Notes under the pieces: generated by a model | Told to the model about the DNA's origin: nothing | Databases searched by the model: none | Seen by the model: only the letters and a program-made list of their open reading frames with translations | DNA from: Crocosphaera subtropica ATCC 51142 | GTDB taxonomy: Bacteria; Cyanobacteriota; Cyanobacteriia; Cyanobacteriales; Microcystaceae | Length of the DNA: 32,000 bases | Assembly (NCBI RefSeq): GCF_000017845.1 | Contig: NC_010546.1 | Location: forward strand, 3,210,001 to 3,242,000 | Direction of reading: 5' to 3' | Shown here: positions 25,050-32,000 of the stretch, one piece after another | Layout of the letters: every line of letters begins with the position of its first letter | Numbering within the stretch: the first letter of the stretch is position 1 | Program-made: the position numbers and the translations under genes

Positions 25050-26372
25050 CTATGCTAAACCAAGATCGCTGAGATACATTTCCTTGCCTTCTCCCCCAGA
25101 TGGCAAGGAAACACACAACGTCTTATGGTTGTTTACTGCTTGTTGTAATAACCCGGATGAAACTTCTTGAGCAAAGTCACATTCTCCGATACCCGTGGGT
25201 AACGGGGCCCAAAGTCCCCCTTCTCCTCGTTTACGGCGCATATTTTTCTGGCCTTCTAACATGATGTCCATGTCTTCGATGATGGGATGGAATACAGATA
25301 AACCGATGGAACTGCATAATGCGATAATGCGATCGCGATCTTCTGAGGATAACCAACCCATTTCCGTCGCTAAACTTGCACCAAAGGCCATCCCAATAGA
25401 AACCGCATGACCGTGCATTAACTTGGCTGCAGGTTCAAAGCGAGGACTCCAGGTGTGTCCGTAAGCATGGGGACGATCTTGATAGGTTTCAAACATATTT
25501 GTCCCTTCATGCTTCATATAGGAGAATAAAGCCCGATAAATCACTTCATCAGCAATTTTTTCTAGTTCCTCATCTCCCTCTAAAGTAGCAAAATGAGTCT
25601 CTAATAAACGAGTTCCGTATTCTTCCATTAATTGGAATAAAATAGCGTCATCGGTAACCGCCATTTTAATAATTTCAGCCATTCCGTTACGAATATGACC
25701 GGTATCTAAGGTGCGGAAAAAGGTGCGATCAACTAAAGTGAGAACAGGAGGATGATACACACCCATACTATTTTTAAATTGACTGCCGTTGGTACAGGTA
25801 CGAGGAGAAGGACCGGCATCAATAGCAGCAACCACAGTAGTTCCAATCATAATATAAGGGGTGCGACGGTGTTGTAGCGCACAAGCTAACCCGGCCACAT
25901 CACTTAAGACACCACCACCAATGACTAATACGGGTTCGTTACGAGAAACATCGCAACCATCTTTCCCTAGAAAAGCCAATAAATTATGGACAGTTTGGGG
26001 GGTTTTATCAGATTCCCAAGCACGACACGGCAATAATTCCAAGGGTATTTCATGATACTTGAAATATCGACGAATTGCATCCCCATACAATTCATCAACG
26101 GTTAGATCAACAATCGCAACACAGCGGCCACGATGACTATAAATCTCAGCTAAGGTGGGATTGTTTGGGTTTAAGATTTCGTTAACTAACTTAACAGTTG
26201 ATTTTAAGTTATAACTGGCAGATACTTCAAAAGAACGATTATCTCCACTAGCAACAATTTCACCCTGTCCTGTGTACCACTCGGAAGTTCGGTATTTTAC
26301 AGGGTGATTGAACTGAATAATCTGATTAGACTTAGAAACAGTCTTCTCAGTCAACGGTTTGGCTTGAACCAT
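25050..26372 (-). CDS. mysA: Sugar-phosphate cyclase of the dehydroquinate-synthase superfamily, predicted desmethyl-4-deoxygadusol synthase MysA
   Basis: 440 aa. It has the DHQS-fold NAD/metal motifs (VIGGGVLSDVAGLACA, NGMAEIIKMA, HAYGHTW, HGHAVSIGM). The MysA call, rather than AroB, rests on the adjacent O-MT and ATP-grasp genes. Confidence 0.8.
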   Translation of the reverse strand: MVQAKPLTEKTVSKSNQIIQFNHPVKYRTSEWYTGQGEIVASGDNRSFEVSASYNLKSTVKLVNEILNPNNPTLAEIYSHRGRCVAIVDLTVDELYGDAIRRYFKYHEIPLELLPCRAWESDKTPQTVHNLLAFLGKDGCDVSRNEPVLVIGGGVLSDVAGLACALQHRRTPYIMIGTTVVAAIDAGPSPRTCTNGSQFKNSMGVYHPPVLTLVDRTFFRTLDTGHIRNGMAEIIKMAVTDDAILFQLMEEYGTRLLETHFATLEGDEELEKIADEVIYRALFSYMKHEGTNMFETYQDRPHAYGHTWSPRFEPAAKLMHGHAVSIGMAFGASLATEMGWLSSEDRDRIIALCSSIGLSVFHPIIEDMDIMLEGQKNMRRKRGEGGLWAPLPTGIGECDFAQEVSSGLLQQAVNNHKTLCVSLPSGGEGKEMYLSDLGLA

Positions 26373-26462
26373 AGTTATCCTTGCGTATGTGCGTATGATT
26401 TATGTGAGATTTATGAAAAATTGCGTTTCCTGGGATCAGGAATTACAAGCTCAAATTGAGCG

Positions 26463-26485
26463 TTGTCACATAAGCAGTGTAACAA
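26463..26485. promoter_or_regulatory. Inverted repeat upstream of mysA (candidate operator)
   Basis: TTGTCACA-TAAGCAG-TGTAACAA has 8-nt arms with 7 of 8 complementary positions. It sits 91-113 nt upstream of the mysA ATG, in the 358-nt divergent intergenic region. Confidence 0.25.
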
Positions 26486-26730
26486 GATGTTAAAGAAAAG
26501 TAAACTTTTATCACAATTTTAATAAAATTTCTCATAAATTAATACAAGTGCATTTGAGGATAAATACTTATTTACTCAAAAGGAGCATTACTGAACCTGT
26601 AGAATCGAAAATGATGTATTGAATCATGCTAAATAATACATGAACCTAGATAGTAAGTGTGGTAAAAGTCTTATATTTTGATATTATTTGAGTAATTTAA
26701 TAGTTGCAGCAAAAAGACAACCTAAAAAAC

Positions 26731-27552
26731 ATGGTACAAACAAACAGAAAAAAAAAGCATCATATTATCTTAACTAATGGACGTAGTGGTAGTAACTATT
26801 TGTCTAACCTGCTTAATTTACATCCTGAAATTACTAATTATGGAGAAGTTTTAGGAGATTGGACTCTTCCATATAAATTGTATAAGTTAATTAACTATTT
26901 TTCCAAAAGTAATATTTCAGTTAGCGACTATTTGGATTATATTTTAAACAGCCAAAAGTTTTTTGCAATTGCACAATATTATTCTGCATATTCTCATTTT
27001 AAAAAAGGACAGAAAATTAATTTCAAAAAACTACAATCAATTAAAACTGTGGGGATTAAAGACTTTTCTATTAATTTCTTGAAGAGAGGTGTTAATAATT
27101 ATATTACTGAAAGATCAAATTTATATATTATCAATTTGTATAGAGAGAATAGTTTAAAACGACTAATATCTTTAGAAGCTATGAACATTACGGGAGTGAT
27201 TGCTTCTAAAGAAACTCAAAGAAAAAATAACTCTAAAATTTATTTGTTTACAGACAATTTAATTGCAAAAATAGAACTTTATGAAAAAGAAAAACAATCT
27301 CAATTTGAACTAGTTAAGCTATCACCTAAAAATAAAATTTTAGAAATAAAATATGAAGATTATTTTTTATCTTATGAAAATCAGGAGCTTTATAATCAAA
27401 AAATATTTGATTTTTTAGGGGTATCTAAACTAAATCTAGTTAGCCAACATAAAAAAATATTGTCTCAAAATCTAGTTGATATTTTAAAAAATTATGATGA
27501 GGTGGTTGAAATTATACAAGGTACTAAATATGAAAAATTTTTACATGATTAA
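26731..27552 (+). CDS. Sulfotransferase-like protein (Stf0/Sulfotransfer_3-type P-loop fold)
   Basis: The ATG at 26731 is preferred over the TTG at 26704. It has a PAPS 5'-phosphosulfate-binding-like motif (ILTNGRSGSNYLSNLL). LYRENSLKRLIS aligns position for position with the L.R.D.L...S 3'-phosphate-binding motif as I remember it. The gene is visibly much more AT-rich than its neighbours. Confidence 0.5.
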   Translation: MVQTNRKKKHHIILTNGRSGSNYLSNLLNLHPEITNYGEVLGDWTLPYKLYKLINYFSKSNISVSDYLDYILNSQKFFAIAQYYSAYSHFKKGQKINFKKLQSIKTVGIKDFSINFLKRGVNNYITERSNLYIINLYRENSLKRLISLEAMNITGVIASKETQRKNNSKIYLFTDNLIAKIELYEKEKQSQFELVKLSPKNKILEIKYEDYFLSYENQELYNQKIFDFLGVSKLNLVSQHKKILSQNLVDILKNYDEVVEIIQGTKYEKFLHD

Positions 27553-27680
27553 GTAATTAAGCGTTCAACCTAAAGCAACTTAATTAAAATTTTGATGATC
27601 GTGATTAAAATTTAATCATCATAGAGAATTTACCAAAGAGATGGGGAATACTAACATAAACTACCTTTTGGACATTTCTT

Positions 27681-30164
27681 ATGAGTCAAATAATTCCCCA
27701 ATGTGAACATTTACCTACCCATGTTAATAGTTTACTCGAACTATTGCGTCAAGAACCCACATTGCGATCGCAACAGGATATTAGTGCTATTGAAACATCC
27801 TTAAGCAAGGCAGTTTCGCCTCAGTTTGAGATTGTTTTTGCTGGAGCATTTAGTGCCGGAAAATCCATGTTAATTAATGCTCTATTAGAACGAGAATTAT
27901 TATATAGTGCCGAAGGCCACGCAACGGGGACAGAATGTCATATTTATTATGCCGAACCGAAACAAGAAAAAGTGGTTTTAACTTTCTTGAGTGAGGCAGA
28001 TATCAGGGAACAAGTTAACATCATTTGTCACAAATTAAACATGGAACAAGCTGGGAATATTAATAACCCTGAAGCTAAAAGTATTTTAACTGAAATGGGT
28101 CAAAAAATTATCGAACAAGAAGGAGGAGAAAGTAAGTCAGAAAAAGCCAAACAAGCTAAAGCATTAATCCTATTACTAGAGGGATTTACGAATAATCGCG
28201 ATCGCATTCATACTATTAATGCGGCCACTTATTCTATGGAACAATTTAACTTTTCAAACTTGACAGAAGCAGCAAGTTATGCACGTCGAGGCAGTAATAG
28301 TTCTGTGTTGAAACGATTAGATTATTATTGTCATCATCCTTTATTAAAAGATGGTAACGTTTTAGTTGATATGCCCGGTATTGATGCACCGGTAAAAAAA
28401 GACGCTGAAGCAACTTATAACAAGATTGAACATCCGGATACTTCGGCGGTGGTGTGTGTCTTAAAACCAGCTTCGGCGGGAGATATGACGACAGAAGAAA
28501 CGGAACTGTTAGAGAAAATGCGAGAAAATTTAGGTATTCGTGATCGCATATTTTATGTATTTAATCGCATTGATGAAACTTGGTACAATGGCCAACTGCG
28601 TCAACGTCTCGATAGTTTGATTCAAACTGAGTTTAAAGATACCTCCAGGATACATAAAACCAGTGGATTATTAGGCTTTTATGGTAGTCAAATAAAACAC
28701 ACGAATAGTAGTAACCGTTTTGGACTCGATACCCTCTTTTCTGAGAGTGTTAAAAGCATGGGAGGGGAAGAAGAAACCCCCCAGTTTGTTAGCGAATTTA
28801 ACAATTATTGTGCGAATTCAGGTAAGTTAACCCGTACCGATTTCAAAGTATCGGTGAATGGCTACGAAACACCAAATGAAAATTATGTCCGTATTCTTAG
28901 CGAGTGGGGAAACCCTCTAATTAATCAGTTGATTACTGACAGTGGAATTGAGGAATTTCGAGACTCTATTACCCGTTATTTAACAGAAGAAAAGCGACCT
29001 CAGTTATTTGCTACTTTAGCCGATGATTTACAACCCTTATGTATTGTTTTACGGAAACACTATCTTGATCACTATCGAAAGTTAGCGAGTCAACCTCGTG
29101 AAATTGATGCTATGAAAGCCCAAGAATTAAACCGTCTTAACCATGAGTTACAAGAAGTGGGAATACAGTTTCGAGATCACATTGCTCATGAAGTTAATGA
29201 AATTGTTGTTAATGGGGATCATTACTTTGAAGAAGACTTCAAAAAATTAAAAGCTAGAATGGTGACTCGGTTGGATGAATTATTACAAACTTTTTCTGTA
29301 GAAAATGCTCATCGCCGTGCAGCAATGAGTCATCCACGTAATTCTACTGTTCCTTTAATTGCTATTCTAGTTGAGGCTTTATATTACCTGGCTAATGAGT
29401 TAGAGGATGTTTTAGTTGAGGGGGTTAAAACCTTAGTTTCTTCTTTTTGTGAGCGATTATTATACCGTGTTAAACAAACGGAATACTATCGTAAGTTATA
29501 TCGTTTATTAGGGAATGATGGAGGGGTAGAAAACCAGTTAAAAGAAGTGAAAAAAACCTTGATTACTGCCTTGGTAAGTGAGTCTAAAGTAGAATGCGAT
29601 CGCTATGTTCGAGAAAGTCCCAGATTTTATGATGAAGGCACTTTTTCTATCTATCAATTTCGTCAAACTTTACAGCAAACTTCCCAAGGTTATGATTGTA
29701 GTAGCATGGTGGAAGCAGAACCTGCGATCCGTCAATTATTAAAGTTAGATTTTGAACCTAAAGTATCAGCAACTATCCGTAAAAATTTCCGTCAAACCAT
29801 CAATATGACCCTCAAAAGTCAATTATTACCGATGGCTGACCAACAAGCAGATAGTATTCTCCAACAGTACGATCAAGCAAGAGATTATTTAGGGCAAACG
29901 TTAGAACAAGAAGCACAAGAAAAAATTGCTCGTAATGTACGATTGCAAGAAGAAATTAAAGAAAAAATTGCTACTTATAACAAAGCGATTTCGGAGATTA
30001 ATAATTGTCTCCAAAGTATGCAAGTTTATGAGCATCAGTTACCTTTAATTAGTGAGGAAACCTTACAACCTAAAGTCATTAAGTCCAATGTTGAAGTGAT
30101 TGATATTCCTGTTGGCAATGGTCACAACTCAGATGTTGATATTGAGGTAGTTGATCTCGTTTAG
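27681..30164 (+). CDS. Bacterial dynamin-like protein (dynamin-family large GTPase)
   Basis: 827 aa. G1 GAFSAGKSMLINALL, G3 DMPGIDAP, G4-like FNRID. These are followed by about 500 aa of predicted helical/coiled-coil stalk. Confidence 0.8.
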   Translation: MSQIIPQCEHLPTHVNSLLELLRQEPTLRSQQDISAIETSLSKAVSPQFEIVFAGAFSAGKSMLINALLERELLYSAEGHATGTECHIYYAEPKQEKVVLTFLSEADIREQVNIICHKLNMEQAGNINNPEAKSILTEMGQKIIEQEGGESKSEKAKQAKALILLLEGFTNNRDRIHTINAATYSMEQFNFSNLTEAASYARRGSNSSVLKRLDYYCHHPLLKDGNVLVDMPGIDAPVKKDAEATYNKIEHPDTSAVVCVLKPASAGDMTTEETELLEKMRENLGIRDRIFYVFNRIDETWYNGQLRQRLDSLIQTEFKDTSRIHKTSGLLGFYGSQIKHTNSSNRFGLDTLFSESVKSMGGEEETPQFVSEFNNYCANSGKLTRTDFKVSVNGYETPNENYVRILSEWGNPLINQLITDSGIEEFRDSITRYLTEEKRPQLFATLADDLQPLCIVLRKHYLDHYRKLASQPREIDAMKAQELNRLNHELQEVGIQFRDHIAHEVNEIVVNGDHYFEEDFKKLKARMVTRLDELLQTFSVENAHRRAAMSHPRNSTVPLIAILVEALYYLANELEDVLVEGVKTLVSSFCERLLYRVKQTEYYRKLYRLLGNDGGVENQLKEVKKTLITALVSESKVECDRYVRESPRFYDEGTFSIYQFRQTLQQTSQGYDCSSMVEAEPAIRQLLKLDFEPKVSATIRKNFRQTINMTLKSQLLPMADQQADSILQQYDQARDYLGQTLEQEAQEKIARNVRLQEEIKEKIATYNKAISEINNCLQSMQVYEHQLPLISEETLQPKVIKSNVEVIDIPVGNGHNSDVDIEVVDLV

Positions 30165-30183
30165 ATTTTTCTGGGGTGAGTAA

Positions 30184-30212
30184 GCTAAAACGCATTTTAA
30201 ATGCGTTTTAGC
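30184..30212. terminator. Perfect 14-bp palindromic hairpin after the dynamin-like gene
   Basis: GCTAAAACGCATTT-T-AAATGCGTTTTAGC, starting 20 nt after the stop. There is no separate U tail on the plus strand, but the 3' arm itself contains UUUU. Confidence 0.45.
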
Positions 30213-30327
30213 AAGGCAAAAATCAAAAGTCAAAAGTTAAAAACAAAGTAAATCATAGCTTTTTGATTGAGCTTATTATTTACTCTATTATTTTGTACAA
30301 ATTTTTAACAATTTTTTGAGGTATATT

Positions 30328-30725
30328 ATGAGTCAAGATCGAATTTGTGGACATAATGAGTGTTTAAAGAATGGTGATGATGTTATTGCGTTTTCTGCTG
30401 ATTCAATTTGTAAGTTAGCTATTTTGAAACAAAAAATAGAAACTTTTTTATCCAGTGAAGTTTCTAATCAATTAGTAGATTTTCTTGGAAAAGCAGGTAT
30501 GAAATATTTACAAATTTTTCTAGTTCTAAAGGTTCTACTAAGCAGTATTTAACGAATAATAAATGGCTAACAGAGGGAAAAGAATGTGAAATATTACAAG
30601 TGGGTTCTAATAGCTGGAAAAAAGGAAAAATCAGACTTAAAGTAAGCTTAGAATTTATTCCCGATGAACCAAAAATTAAGGAAATAGAATCACCTTTAGA
30701 TGATATTCGTCAGTCTATAAATTAA
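30328..30725 (+). pseudogene. KGK-domain protein gene with an apparent frameshift
   Basis: Frame 1 runs from the ATG at 30328 (MSQDRICGHNECLKNGDDVIAF...) and stops at 30550-30552. The KGK-domain C-terminus (WLTEGKECEILQVGSNSWKKGKIRLKVSLEFIPDEPKIKEIESPLDDIRQSIN) is open only in the +2 frame, from about 30470 to the TAA at 30723-30725, and has no start codon of its own. Confidence 0.55.
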
Positions 30726-30822
30726 GAATGAACCTTTGTCGGGTGGTTTAACTAATCAATTATTTTAGACGATAGCGACAAATTAATCCCTTGGAAATAA
30801 TTTTCTCAATTTTCTGAAATAG

Positions 30823-30896
30823 GGCGAACGATGGGACTTGAACCCACGAATGCCGGAACCACAATCCGGTGCCTTAACCACTTGGCTACGCTCGCC
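30823..30896 (-). tRNA. trnH: tRNA-His (anticodon GUG)
   Basis: The reverse complement reads G-GCGAGCG-TA-GCCAAGTGGTTAAGGC-A-CCGGA-TTGTGGT-TCCGG-CATTC-GTGGG-TTCAAGT-CCCAT-CGTTCGC-C. It forms a cloverleaf with a 7-bp acceptor stem, GTG in the anticodon loop, and the His-specific extra G(-1) opposite C73. CCA is not encoded. Confidence 0.9.
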
Positions 30897-30937
30897 ATAC
30901 ACCTTTGTTATTATAACATCATTTTTTCATTATGCAC

Positions 30938-30973
30938 AAAAAAATGTAGGGTCAGTTAATGAGTTGACCCTAC
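30938..30973 (-). terminator. Rho-independent terminator of the peroxiredoxin gene
   Basis: On the minus strand: GTAGGGTCA, a loop, TGACCCTAC (9-bp stem), then A and TTTTTTT. It starts 24 nt after the stop. Confidence 0.7.
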
Positions 30974-30996
30974 TCTCGATATCTCAAGAATGAAAT

Positions 30997-31569
30997 CTAG
31001 CCAACAAAGGCTTTCACCGGTTCAGAAACGCCAGAAGACTCGGTTCCTTTGAGGTAAGCTAACATGGTATCAGCGTCAGACACTTCAAAGGGATCAGTAG
31101 GACAGTTATCTTCATAACCTGGTTCTACAAACATTTTCTCGATCTTGCAGTCGTTAACTAGCATAGAATAACGCCAAGAACGCATTCCAAAACCGAGGTT
31201 AGATTTATCAACTAACATTCCCATTTTACGAGTAAATTCACCGTTTCCATCAGGTAGTAAGAAGACGTTTTTAGCCTCTTGTTGTTTTCCCCATTGGAAC
31301 ATGGTGAAAGCGTCGTTGACAGAAATACAAATAACTTCGTCAACCCCTAACGCTTTGAATTCGTCGTATAACTCTTCGTAGCGAGGTAAGTGGTTAGAGG
31401 AGCAGGTGGGGGTAAATGCACCAGGTAAGGAGAAAACGATTACTTTCTTACCCTTGAAAATTTCTTCGCTGGTTAAATCTTGCCAACGATAGGGGTTAGG
31501 TCCGGGAACGGACTCATCACGAACACGGGTTTTAAATACAACACTGGGTACAGTTTCGATAGCGCCCAT
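30997..31569 (-). CDS. Type II (Prx5-like) peroxiredoxin
   Basis: 190 aa. The peroxidatic Cys is in the PGAFTPTCS motif characteristic of atypical 2-Cys/type II Prx. Size and sequence pattern are as in the cyanobacterial type II Prx. Confidence 0.9.
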   Translation of the reverse strand: MGAIETVPSVVFKTRVRDESVPGPNPYRWQDLTSEEIFKGKKVIVFSLPGAFTPTCSSNHLPRYEELYDEFKALGVDEVICISVNDAFTMFQWGKQQEAKNVFLLPDGNGEFTRKMGMLVDKSNLGFGMRSWRYSMLVNDCKIEKMFVEPGYEDNCPTDPFEVSDADTMLAYLKGTESSGVSEPVKAFVG

Positions 31570-31617
31570 ATTTCACCTCTTGACAATCAGTTTTGTATCA
31601 GCTTTTACTGCTATATC

Positions 31618-31683
31618 TCAGAATAATTCTTATTTAAGAAAAAGTCAACAGTAATAATTACCTAATTTCTTGAATAATCTTAA
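31618..31683. promoter_or_regulatory. Candidate Fur/PerR-type boxes in the prx-perR divergent promoter region
   Basis: TCAGAAT-A-ATTCTTA (31618-31632) is a 7-1-7 inverted repeat with one mismatch. A related GAATAATCTTAA occurs at 31672-31683. Both are AT-rich, in the general style of Fur-family boxes. Confidence 0.3.
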
Positions 31684-31751
31684 TATAAGACCTAATCTAA
31701 AAAACGTTAAATTATAATATAAGAAGGCATCAATAAGAGAAAGCTAAGACG

Positions 31752-32000
31752 ATGAAACAAGAAGCAAATACCATCGTAAACATCTTAAAAAAGAAGAAAT
31801 TAAGGGTTACACCGCAGCGTTTTGCGGTTTACGCCAATTTACTTCATAGAACAGATCATCCTACTGCTGAGCAGATTTTAAACGACCTCAATAAAGATGC
31901 CCCGACTTCTTCTCAAGCAACGGTTTACAGTGCCCTGCAAGCTTTACGTCAAGTAGGTTTAGTGCGAGAAGTGTTGTTAGAGCCAGGAATTTGTCGTTAT
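31752..32000 (+). CDS. perR: Fur-family transcriptional regulator, probably PerR-like; 3' end lies beyond the window
   Basis: MKQEANTIVNILKKKKLRVTPQRFAVYANLLHRTDHPTAEQILNDL....SQATVYSALQALRQVGLV is the winged-helix N-domain of Fur-family proteins. It is divergent from a peroxiredoxin gene, as for perR in Synechocystis. The frame is still open at base 32000. Confidence 0.75.
   Translation, partial: MKQEANTIVNILKKKKLRVTPQRFAVYANLLHRTDHPTAEQILNDLNKDAPTSSQATVYSALQALRQVGLVREVLLEPGICRY

Noticed and set aside
26395-26493. A 32-codon ORF (MIYVRFMKNCVSWDQELQAQIERCHISSVTRC) divergent from mysA, considered as a possible small Cys-containing regulatory peptide.
   Set aside because: There is no Shine-Dalgarno sequence. 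It overlaps the short tandem repeats of the mysA leader. It has no recognisable family and is too short to distinguish from chance in AT-rich DNA.
27553-27680. An AT-rich imperfect hairpin (TGATG..ATTAAA-A-TTTAAT-CATCA) between the sulfotransferase-like gene and the dynamin-like gene, considered as a terminator or attenuator.
   Set aside because: The stem is almost entirely A-T, has an internal bulge and lacks a U tail. It cannot be told apart from chance symmetry in very AT-rich DNA.
30213-30250. A heptamer tandem repeat (ATCAAAAG-TCAAAAG-TTAAAAA), with a related GTCAAAAGTCAGAA on the minus strand near 22636-22655, considered as STRR-like short tandem repeats.
   Set aside because: There are only two or three degenerate units at each site, which is too short to call a repeat family from this window alone.
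30316-30552. ORF 30316-30552 treated as an intact 78-aa gene.
   Set aside because: Its C-terminal third (MKYLQIFLVLKVLLSSI) looks like out-of-frame translation. The conserved KGK-domain sequence continues in another frame to 30725, so a single frameshifted gene explains it better.

Overview
This is a cyanobacterial chromosomal segment. I counted roughly 20 copies of the HIP1 octamer GCGATCGC by eye, the DNA is AT-rich, and the gene content is typically cyanobacterial. All family calls come from reading motifs in the supplied translations; no search or folding program was run.

- **1-11.3 kb, housekeeping:** tail of an FtsX-type ABC permease, thiD, a polyprenyl-phosphate sugar transferase, tsaB, argD, a DUF4870-like membrane protein, long-form pta, a DUF938-like methyltransferase, a PLP enzyme of the aluminium-resistance/Met-gamma-lyase family, desC, an RRM RNA-binding protein, a pentapeptide-repeat protein and rpsU.
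- **11.7-16.2 kb:** an EF-G-like translational GTPase gene is split in frame by a complete group II intron (12402-14862). The intron encodes an RT-maturase-HNH protein. Its 5' GUGCG, domain V, domain VI branch A and 3' AU are all readable.
- **16.35-20.1 kb:** a toxin-antitoxin islet.
  - It starts with a BrnT/BrnA-like pair followed 5 nt later by a Ser-Asp-His hydrolase-like gene.
  - Next come a RelE/ParE-type module, a small overlapping gene pair, a frameshifted VapC module, and a decayed RelE/ParE module.
  - The modules are separated by a conserved hairpin-containing spacer repeat.
  - Two antitoxins share a 32-aa N-terminal module but have unrelated C-termini.
- **20.1-26.4 kb (minus strand):** a mycosporine-like amino acid cluster, mysA-mysB-mysC-[Na+/solute symporter]-mysD.
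- **Divergent from mysA:** a very AT-rich sulfotransferase-like gene and an 827-aa bacterial dynamin-like GTPase.
- **Right end:** a frameshifted KGK-domain gene, tRNA-His(GUG), a type II peroxiredoxin, and a divergent Fur/PerR-family regulator truncated by the window edge.

I saw no rRNA, no CRISPR array and no IS transposase.
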